This document shows, in pieces, positions 48,859 through 58,621 of a DNA stretch of 64,000 bases; within the stretch, counting starts at the first letter, position 1, and each line of letters opens with the position of its first letter. The notes under the pieces were generated by a model, which searched no databases, was not told the origin of the DNA, and was given only the letters and a program-made list of their open reading frames with translations. Origin of the DNA: Dimorphilus gyrociliatus (lineage: Eukaryota > Animalia > Annelida); NCBI GenBank assembly GCA_904063045.1, contig CAJFCJ010000068.1, forward strand, positions 122,542-186,541, given 5' to 3'. The position numbers and the translations under genes were made by a program.

Positions 48859-51637
48859 CCAACAAAACCACTTACAAATTCTCCACAAGGTGAAGAGAAC
48901 CTGTATTAGCAACTAAAACAATGTCACCAGATTAAAACTCACAATATTTCGGAGGATTCCTCCTTTATCAAGTGAGAGGGGAAAAGTGGCTGGTTAGATT
49001 GCCACCAGACTGATCTCTGAGAGCTTACTATACCTTAGGTAGGTACTGTTCAATCCCACACTTTTTCACACAAATCACCTACTTGGTGTCAGAAAAGCAA
49101 GTCGACCACTGACGAAAGTTGAAATTTCAACTTGCTCCGATTGTTATGAAATTTTACACAGTGCTAGATCTAATTGAACTGAGCAACTGTGCAAATTTGA
49201 ACGAAATCGGCCCAGCGTTGCGGAGCTATGGAGCTTTGAAGTTAACGTGGTAGGTGAGGATGGCTGACTGGCAGCCTTAGACTCTATTACCAGTATCTCG
49301 ACCCTACGTTCTATAGTAATTAGAGGGTAACCTTTCAAAAATCGCAGGTATAACAATCAGGAAGCACTTTTCATAAAATGTAACAGAAGAAGACCTAGAT
49401 TCAATTCTATGTCCTTCTCTCTGTACATATATGGCCAATCCTATTTGCAGGGCAGTCCAAGCCCTATTCATTACCGCACCATGAAATATAACTGAATCAA
49501 GATAAGGGGTGATTTCACCTCCAGTTTGGACTTAGAATATTTTGAAAAATTTATCGACTTGTTCAGTCGAAATTTTTCTAAGTCCAAAACCTAACACTGT
49601 GTAGGCTGGAGCTGTAGAATAGTTTTCGCGAAAATATTTTTCCAAAATCTTTCTAAGTACCCAGGCGAATGTAACGTTTTACAGGTAATTAACCTGACAA
49701 AGAACTTAGAAAATTAATGATTTTCGAGAAATCTTTACAAGTCCAGAGCCTCAGTGAAGGCCAATTTTTCAAAATCGTCAGATTGCTTTCAAACTTGAAT
49801 CCAAGCTTGCCCCTACGTCGGAAAGATAGAAAGTGTACACATACATTCGTCAGCTATATTCTACAATAGAGAAGTAGTATTGAACCAGTATTGTACTATG
49901 CAGATAGCACTGATAAAGATAAGCAGTAGTGACCTAGTTTCGTATAGGGCAGTGCATACACATTATGCAGTAATAAAACCTATTGAATTATATAAAGAAT
50001 ATTTGCTATTTGCAACCTAGCATTAATATTACAATTTATTAATCCATAAATTTATGATTTCGAACTAAAACTAGTTCAATTAATTATCAATTATGCTTCA
50101 ATTCTAAGTTTAGATTATATTCACTATTCAACAGTATTGTATATACAATACTGTTCTTTTTAACATGCATTAATCAGATATACTTCCTCCTTATATGCTG
50201 ATGCTAAATTTACTAACTCAATCAATTGAATATCATTATTAAGGTAGAATATAAAAACGGTCAAATATACAATCTACATGTTTTCTTGATTGTTGGACTT
50301 GTCCTACTAAAATTGTTACATCTTATGCAACTCTCCAACCTTCGAAATTCAACTATTATTTAGAAGAGGAAAACAATAAAAACATGACCATATTTACAAC
50401 TTTTCTTTGTCTTCAAATGTTACTTTTGTTTTTGTGAACATTGAAATTTGTGAACTATCAACCCTTAAAAGAGTATATAAACCCTATGAAATTAACAGTT
50501 GATAGTTCAGTTTTCTAACCATCAGCTAGTTGTTTAAACTAGCTTGTTTAGAACTAGAAGCTCATTTTACTCAATACATATTCTTTGGACGAAATACTGG
50601 TGTTTTGTTAATCAATTTCTACCGAAATTGCCTTTGTTAGACTATTTGTGGACGAACTTTAAAGGTTCTATTTGGACCAGTACTTTGGCAAGTTGGTAAA
50701 TGATTGGAAAGGACAATTACAGTTGTGACGAACCAGAAATTCCTACAATTACAATACAACAAAGTACAGAAAGAAATATTTTTATTTTTCTACCTGAACT
50801 TGGAAAATTTTTGATTTTCGAAGCTCAGCCACTCCTGAACTGTAAAAGCTACATGGTCGTGTAGCATATCAGTGAAAAGCTCTTTTTGAGCTCTATCACC
50901 TCCAACAAAATTGAAACATCTAGGATGACGCATAACGAAACTCCTAAACGGCCCAGAATTGGGAATTTTTGCCACAGCACTGATTTTTTGGATCAAAACT
51001 AACTCATTGATATATATATCCTTGTGTACTATGTAGCATAAGGTCTGTAGACCCATGTTGTTGGGGAACTTTTGTTCACTGCCAACTGTCAACCATCTGT
51101 TCTCTCATAGAGAGGTGTCTCCCCACAAATTACCCCATTTTTATTAACAATTTGTTCTGAACAGTCCCATGTCTGTCCAGTCTGTACCTTCTTCTCTGCT
51201 AAGTTAAGTGTTGTTCCATTATCTTAGGTTAGGTTAGTTGTAAAGTTTCACTAATTTGTATCTTTTTAGGGCTATAGCTTAGGGTTAGGATATAAGAACC
51301 AGATGTGGTTTTTGTTGGGAACTGTTGTTCACTGCCAACTACCACAACCTGTCCCCATTAAAGAGGTGTTCAATCCCTACTCAGCCAATAACTAGCCCTA
51401 TTAATTTTCATTCACTGTCAATTTCTCTCTGTATCTCCAATAGGAGATTAATACCTGCAAAAACTACTATCCTGATCATCCCCCACCCAGCTATTGCCAT
51501 GGTGAGAATTGTGTCATTGCTGTTGTTCAGGCTCTCTATGTTATTCACAATAGAGAATTGTTTTGTGGTTTATTGAAGACTGTTTTAATATGCCACCATG
51601 GGGATGGCCAACATTCTAATAGATCAGAGTGTTGGTA
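48859..51637 (-). repeat. Upstream copy of the PLE1 3' region (pLTR / partial tandem)
   Basis: 48859-49830 matches about 43400-44390 and 50775-51637 matches about 44395-45440, with a private ~950-bp insertion and a ~165-bp deletion. Confidence 0.85.
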
Positions 51638-51830
51638 TTTGCAAAAGAGCCAGACATTCTATGTAGTGGAGATATGGTGAAGCTAGCCATAGCCCAATTA
51701 CACTTTTTACAATCAGCAATGAAAAACATGTGGTCTGAATTACAATTGAGGTTTCCCTCAATCTTTTTAGTAATATTGAAGACGAGTAGAATCAGGCCCA
51801 CACTTAAATGACAAGGTAACTGTGAGAGTA
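51616..51830 (-). pseudogene. Degenerate PLE GIY-YIG fragment
   Basis: GNLNCNSDHMFFIADCKKCNWAMASFT...LHRMSG follows the spacing of TCxSxxVIYxIxCxxCxxxYVGxT. Confidence 0.5.
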
Positions 51831-52362
51831 TAAAAGGGAAAATATGTGACAGTACTGTGTGAGTGAAAAAATGAATGTTTAAAAATAAATTGTGATACTT
51901 CAGTTCAATATAGATGCTCTTTTAGAAAACCATAGACTTAATTCAATACATTTAATATGAATACTTAACAATAGCATTGTGAGCGGGTACAGATAGAGAT
52001 AAAAGCTCAGAATATTCAATACATATCTTATTTGGAAAACACTGGCTTTTGTTGAAAGTTTGATATAAAACTTTGGACAAATATCATTCATTTGTTGAGG
52101 TTCTATTTGACAAGTGCTTTGGTGTAATATTAAATGAGGGTATGGACAAATATGTTTGGGATGAGAACAAAATTCCTACAATCACAATACAACAAAGTAC
52201 AATACAAGTAATCATAAATCTTGTAAAATATGTATTAAAGAGAAAAAATATCAGATGTAATAAAAACATTCTACTCTCAAAAAATTATGCATTCTAGTGT
52301 TTTTCCTTAAGTGTGGAGCTTTTGTTAATTTTACATAAGCTTTTCTCCCCTTCTTTCTGATA

Positions 52363-52668
52363 TTAGAAAGATATATTATAGGTTGCAAGACAATATGATC
52401 TTCTTGAATTACAATTCTCAAAAAATTGTCGTTTGCAATGTAGGCAAGAATTTCTGCTAGTATATCGCTGAAAGGAAAAGTACAAATAAAGCTTATGGAA
52501 TAAATTTTCTATATATAATACCTTCTCCAATAATTCTCTCATAAGAAGAGTTTCCATCAATCCTTCATCTCTTCCATCCAATAACTCCATCAATTCACTT
52601 TGAAATGGTGCAGAAATTGCACAATGTGCCAGCATAATAGCAAGACAAATGCCCAAAAGATATTTCAT
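52363..52668 (-). CDS. Secreted Cys-rich prepropeptide (toxin- or antimicrobial-like), two exons
   Basis: Signal peptide MKYLLGICLAIMLAHCAISA; acidic pro-region; 54-nt GT-AG intron (about 52468-52521) whose removal creates KR; mature YTSRNSCLHCKRQFFENCNSRRSYCLATYNISF. Confidence 0.65.
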   Translation of the reverse strand: MKYLLGICLAIMLAHCAISAPFQSELMELLDGRDEGLMETLLMRELLEKVLYIENLFHKLYLYFSFQRYTSRNSCLHCKRQFFENCNSRRSYCLATYNISF

Positions 52669-52959
52669 GATTTGAAATGTGTGAAAGTATAAAATATTCT
52701 AGTTGATATATATACATATATATATCTTTTATATTTTTTTGACAATATGGAGTTTATGATAAAATGAATAGCAAAAAAACCAGTTTAAGACTTCAATAAC
52801 TCAATACTGTGTAATATGCTTCTGAAGGCTGTAAACAAAAAATTAATCTGTTACTATTTTATACCTGTGTACTACTTATTCAAAAACCTTTGAGAGAAAT
52901 ACAATCACCATTTAGCCAAATTCTGACCTTGTCTGGTCATACATAAGGTTCAACTTTAA

Positions 52960-53270
52960 GTGCCACTAAGTGTTGGCCAAGTTGTGATTGATAAGCTTTT
53001 GAAAGGGTTTGGCCAAAGTATGGTTAATTAATTATCTCAAGTGTTGAACTTTGTAACATATTATTCATAGACCACTAACAGTAAAGTGATGATTGTATAT
53101 TGGAGACAAACCTACATGCATATAAACCCTTGCTGTTATAGTCCAACTGTATTACCTTAAACTGGAAAGATCAACTGGAAACAACCTTACTTAGACAGCA
53201 CTCTACCCTTTCAACATTGGACATTAGTTTGGTAATTTGGGCAACCTGCTATTACAAATTATTGAGTGGC
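52960..53270 (+). repeat. Diverged partial LTR related to the 635-bp LTR
   Basis: Shared blocks in the same order: TGTTGAAC.TTGTAACAT, GTAAAGTGATGATTG, GAGACAAACCT, CTGGAAACAACCT, CAACATTGG, AGTTTGGTAATTTGG, CAACCTGCTATTACAAA. Confidence 0.8.
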
Positions 53271-53368
53271 AAATGTCCTGAAATTGTCATATATTTATAT
53301 CAAATTTATATCATATCATTTTCAACTTTCACATTATTCAAATTGATTAAGAAAGCTACTTTCAAATC

Positions 53369-53478
53369 ATGAAATATCTTTTGGGCATTTGTCTTGTTAT
53401 TATGCTGGCACATTTTGCAATTTCTGCACCATTTCAAAGGTTTATGGAGAAAATGTCCACAAGAGAAAACGTCCACAG
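53369..53478 (+). pseudogene. Paralogous prepropeptide gene, 5' part, interrupted by repeat sequence
   Basis: MKYLLGICLVIMLAHFAISAPFQ is nearly identical to the signal peptide of 52363-52668; the frame then runs into TTAGG-rich repeat. Confidence 0.65.
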
Positions 53479-53741
53479 GATTAGGGTTAGGCCACTCACA
53501 CAACTCAGGTTAGGTCTTGGGTTAGGATTAGCACAATCAGTACAGCCTGGTAATCCCAAAAGTGCACACACACTTATAACCAAGCTTTGGCTAAGGGTTG
53601 GTGTAGCTATTGAGGAGTTGCTAGAGTAAGAACTTATTGCACAATATGAATCAAGTAGTCTTCACATCTCAAGTTGATTGATGATTTAATGTCTTAATGT
53701 AGTATATATCTAGTATTAAGTGAAATGGAACCAAGTATGGT

Positions 53742-53791
53742 TGACCTACCATGGTTTCGTCTTCCCCTTTAGCAAAGACTCATCAGGGTCA
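53742..53791 (-). ncRNA. Type I hammerhead ribozyme
   Basis: Minus strand: TGACC CTGATGA GTCTT tgctaaagggg AAGAC GAAA CCATGG TA GGTCA. Full core, 5-bp stems I and II, palindromic stem III. Confidence 0.9.
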
Positions 53792-54326
53792 TTTCAGAGA
53801 TAGCTTAACCTAAATACTATCATGAAGGGGAGGATAGGACCAATTCTATAATTGTATCCTTCCTTGCATGAATTTTTGCTGTAATTCTTTTTGTTTTAAA
53901 TGTTTGGTTATGTATAATGTGTGAGAGTAGAATATAAAATCCAAATTGTCTGATAGATCTTATAGTGTTAATTAAAGAATTGTTCAAAGTATATCAATTA
54001 GAACATATTTAATTCAGAATATTATAGATAAAGAAAAATGATTCTTAAATGAAAACACTGGAGCTTCCCTCACTTTCATATGGACTGATATTTCAATATC
54101 TAGGTTGTGAATATGACAAGCATGTTGCACAATAATATATTTAACTTTTAAGTGACATAATTAAATTGCTGCTTTGTTATTTTTTTGTTTGTAAAATTTG
54201 TATCCTGCACTAAGATGAATACATAGTTATTATATGAATGTTTTTTCAATGAAATATAAAATAATATGTTTGCATAAAAAAGACATGGAAAGCAATAATA
54301 TATAATATGAATGATTTGTGCAATTC

Positions 54327-54530
54327 TCACTGATATCTTTGTCTATTTAATCTCCTTCTTCCAGTCCTTCTTTGTTGCTGAACCATCATTTCTTTTGTGT
54401 TCACTAAAATTTCATTAAAAATCAGTTGTTGAACAACATTTCTTAATGAAGAGATCTTTCCCTGCTGCATTCGTCTATGAAAAGGATCTCCTCTTATAAT
54501 GCTATTGATATAAAAAACATTTGTGAACAT
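54327..54530 (-). CDS. Small basic hypothetical ORF co-oriented with PLE2
   Basis: 67 aa ending in an Arg-rich tail; abuts ORF 54534-55535. Confidence 0.35.
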   Translation of the reverse strand: MFTNVFYINSIIRGDPFHRRMQQGKISSLRNVVQQLIFNEILVNTKEMMVQQQRRTGRRRLNRQRYQ

Positions 54531-54533
54531 TTT

Positions 54534-55367
54534 TCATAAATTTTCTGGTGGTGGTAATTGATTATTTATATGATTTCGAACATTGTATTTTATAAATAGG
54601 AGACATTCTTTAAAGTTTCCATTGTTTTTGTAAATATCTGGAAAATTCTCATCAACATCATTAATGATATCAAAAAGAATATGAAGGGCTACAACTGTAG
54701 CTTTTATATTCCATTTTGATAAAATTTCTTTGCAATTTTTAAATGATAGACCAGAAATGTTTATAATTAAAATATTTCCACCAAAATTTATATTTCTCTT
54801 AACATCTTCTATTTGAAGCAAATCTAAATCACCCAAACTGCCATCTGTCAGCAGAAGCAAATTATAATTGTTTGTTAATTCAACTCCAGGCTGTTGAATT
54901 TTCATAAGATTTTCAACTTCCTCTTCTCTTAGATTCACTCCAATCTCTGTGAAAGATGTCATCATTTCATTAATATTTGGATGATTTATTCTATTAACTT
55001 TGATTGTATTGAAAAACTTTACAATATGATCAGTGCTATTCAATTGTCTTAATATTATTTCTCCAAGTTGTTGTTTGTTTAAGTTATGTGGTTGGTGTTC
55101 TTGAACAAGCCACATTTTTTCATCACAAAATTCTTTGAATTTTATCATTTTGTCTACTGCAAGTTTTTCAAATTTATTTCCATCAAATATAGGAGGATGG
55201 TTTTTGTCATCTCTTTTAAATCTTAAAAGATGGTTATAAAATGTTCTAAAGTTGAAAAATTGTTCAAAAGAAGGTGGTAAAAAATGTTCAATATCTATAG
55301 TGTGGTTTATTAAATTTCCATCATTTTCTATCATTTCAATTTGGTTTTGTGGAAGGTTGTTTGCCAT
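54534..55367 (-). CDS. Hypothetical protein downstream of the PLE2 RT; possible degenerate SGNH/GDSL-like C-terminal domain
   Basis: Likely start MANNLPQ at 55367; LLLTDGSLG...INISGLSF...VVALHILFDI resembles SGNH blocks I-III. Confidence 0.6.
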   Translation of the reverse strand: MANNLPQNQIEMIENDGNLINHTIDIEHFLPPSFEQFFNFRTFYNHLLRFKRDDKNHPPIFDGNKFEKLAVDKMIKFKEFCDEKMWLVQEHQPHNLNKQQLGEIILRQLNSTDHIVKFFNTIKVNRINHPNINEMMTSFTEIGVNLREEEVENLMKIQQPGVELTNNYNLLLLTDGSLGDLDLLQIEDVKRNINFGGNILIINISGLSFKNCKEILSKWNIKATVVALHILFDIINDVDENFPDIYKNNGNFKECLLFIKYNVRNHINNQLPPPENL

Positions 55368-55563
55368 TTTAGAAAATCTATATATAAGGAAAAATGTAAT
55401 ATAATATGTTATGTATATTCTACATAAAAAAAACAACATGAACATTTGAATAAAAGAAACTAAGAATACACAAATTGATATAATTTTGTTTATATAACAA
55501 AATATAAATTTTGAAGAAACAAAACAAATATGCAAAACAAACTAATTAAAAATTCTACAATGT

Positions 55564-58500
55564 TTATACTTTCTTCTTAATTCTTCTTCCTGTCCTTTTA
55601 ATCTTTTGTTCTACAACTGATTGTTGTTCATCTGTTTCATTATCTATTTTTCTCTTTGTAGTGAATTTTCTTGTTATTGTATCACATTTTGGTCTTTTTT
55701 CTGGTGGAGAAGGCAAGCTAATAGTTGATGTTTCCTCTGTATTCTTCTTTTTGTAAAAATGTTTAATTGACTTAGTTCCAGTTTTGTTCATTGAGGCTTG
55801 GTGTTTTTCTGTTGAATCTCTATCAGTAGCATTACTCTTATCAAATAAGGAAGTGGATTTATTTAGTTTCTGTTTGAAATATATATTTTTATGAATCAAT
55901 TTAAAGTAACTACTCATGTTGTTTGTAAAAGCAAATATCAGAGGAATATTTTTAAATATTGAATTCTTATTACTTAAATTTCTATAAATCTTTGAAAACT
56001 TTTGTAAGACTGGTCCCAGGTCATTTCTATGTGGCATAATTAATGGTAGCTTTGTGTAAATTTGACAATTTGTATATCTGACTAAACCAAAAGGGTCATA
56101 CATGATATCCTTCATATTCAACTCATAAATGTGTCTATTCATTTCAATTGGTGATTTGTCTCTTTGTAATTGTTCATATGGAAATATTGTGATATTAAAT
56201 TGATTTTCTGCAAAATGCTGATGTTGGATAAAATTTTCAACAAGCTCAACATTCCTCAATTCCACATATTTTCTTGACAAAAGGTGTGTAAGTGTTTGGA
56301 AGATGCTGTAATTTGTATATTGCTGTTGTATTGTGAAATACATCATTTGTCCACATTCTTTACATTGTAGTAGAAATATTTTTGAGTTTTTTGTGATTAA
56401 ATCAACACAGTTTTTTCTAAAAATGAATTTCATTTTTAGAGGACAGAATATCTTTTCTGCCATGTTAAAATATACTCTCAATTTCTTTGGGATATTGAAG
56501 TGTTTCTTTTGATTTTCTTCCAACATTCTTTCATAGTTTTCTTTCTTCAATTGATCTTTTATTACTGAAAGCATTGCTTTTTTTATTTCTTTGCTGCTGT
56601 AGCCTTGATTTAAAATGGATTTTATCACAGTTTGAGAAGTTTGCAGGAATAGAAATGGAGAAGAGCTGTTTTTAAGAAACCTTTGGAATTGAGATTTTAA
56701 AAGTCCTTTGAAGATGTGTTTAGGGTGCAGAGAAGTCTTATGAAGTTGATGAAATGTTTCACAATTTTTGAAGAAGGTCATATGATCCAACTGATTTGTT
56801 GACAATAATCTTGTTCCCTTGAAGAGTGTTAAATCTAGGAAATTAATAGATTCAGGGCTAATTCTTTCTTCAAACTTTAAATTCTTCAGTATGTTATTGG
56901 CTTTCTGAAGATAGCTGTGAAATTCAGCAATACTGCTTGTCCAAATTATGAAAATATCATCCAAATATCTTTTGTAAAAAAGAGGTCTAGGCCTAATATT
57001 AGAAATGTAGATTTCTTCCACCCAAGCCATCCATAAGTTTGCATAAGCTGGAGCATAGCTTTGACCCATTGCACAACCACTCTTTTGTAAGTATGTATGG
57101 TTTAAGAATTTAAAATGATTCTTATATAAGTTGAACTTTAGTAGTTGAATAAGAAAGTTATCAGGTCTTTGCTTGGAGGGATACTTTTCAAAAAAATATT
57201 TTATAGCTTTCAAACCAGTATAAGTATCAATATTTGTATACATGCTTTTAATGTCCAGAGTCACTAAGAGAGCATCATTTGGAATTGTAATTCTATTAAG
57301 TTCATCCAATAGTTGTTGAGAATTACCAATATATGAAGAATGTAGCATACTAATTGGTTTCAGTTGGTGTGATATAAATCTGGATATTTCATAAGATTCT
57401 GTTCTTAAATTGCTAACAACAGGTCTTCCTCTAAGAATCCTTCCACTATGAAGCCATTGATCTGATTCTTTATGTATTTTAGGCAATCCATAAAATATTC
57501 TTTTGTAAAAAGAGTTTTTCTTTAAACAGACAGATTCTAACAAATGTTTACATTCTTTTTCATCCAAAGTAACTCTAAATGTGTTAATTAAATCTTTATA
57601 ATACAATGCTGATTTTTTTAAGAAATTATTATGACAAACATTTTCATTAGAATTTGTTGTTAGTTTGGAATATTGCTTTTTATTAGAAAGTAATTTATTG
57701 CACATGTAAATATAATCATCAGTGTTTTGTATTACAATACAAGATCCTTTGTCAGCTGGCTTAATTACAATGTTTAATGAAAGGAATTTTGTCAGAGATT
57801 GAAAGAATTGTTTGTCAAATTTTAAAATCCTGAAGTTCTCTTTAAAGAAGGTATTTTGAATTGTTTTTCTGCATTCTTTAAAAAATTGTAACATTTCATC
57901 ACTATCCTCATCATCATCATCACTATCATCATCAGCATCATCCTGTTCCTCAATACATGTAACATTTGATTCATATCCTTTTGGTATCCATTGATAATTA
58001 ATACATCTAAGATTTTCCTCACTTGTTGATTTATTTAGTTTCTTAATGACTGATACTTTTTTAAAAAATCTTTCTAAATTAAATAATGTATATTGCTTCC
58101 ATTTTTTTGGTTTTATACTTTCATATACAAACTTTAAACCCAGATTTAAAAAATTATTGATATCATTAGGGATCTGATATTTGCTTAAATTAACAACATA
58201 TTGAGTATTTAATTGTTGATTGAAATTAAATCCAGATAATGGTATTACCCTATTAGTTGATATATCTTTGTCCATTTTCTCTTCTGTCTCATCTTTAATA
58301 ATTCTCTGCAATGTTTTCATCACTAAATCAATGGAAAATTCTTGTGCCTTCTTTGTGAGATGATTTGATTTTGAATTTCCAGTTGGATTATCTGTAAATC
58401 CCAATTTTTTCATGTCAGTCATGTCTAGAACAGTAGCTTGGTTCCTAGTTGCCAGTTGAATATCTTTGCTTGATGAAATCAGTTTAGTGCCAAATGGAAT

Positions 58501-58621
58501 GGCTATTATAACATTCTTACAAGTTCCAAATTTGTCTTTTAAAAATGAGGCTACTCCATAAGCTTGTTTGTTAGAATTTAAGTTTGCATGTACAAAGATA
58601 TATTCATATTGCATATTCCAG
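55564..58621 (-). CDS. Penelope-like RT with degenerate GIY-YIG region (PLE2); 5' end cut by LTR insertion
   Basis: VVNLS...LGLKF, KPADKG, YGLPKIHK, GRPVV, LDIKSMYTNI, GCAMGQSYAPAYANL, YKRYLDDIF, FLDLT; EN region IFLLQCKECGQMMYFT. The first 7 residues of the listed ORF lie inside the LTR. Confidence 0.93.

Noticed and set aside
48152-48912. Three ~240-aa ORFs
   Set aside because: Artefacts of translating the N gap.
15800-58621. Inversion of the 43-kb interval by recombination between the two inverted Gypsy copies
   Set aside because: The copy 1 left flank (ATTC) does not match the copy 2 3' flank (CTGG), so TSD swapping does not support it.
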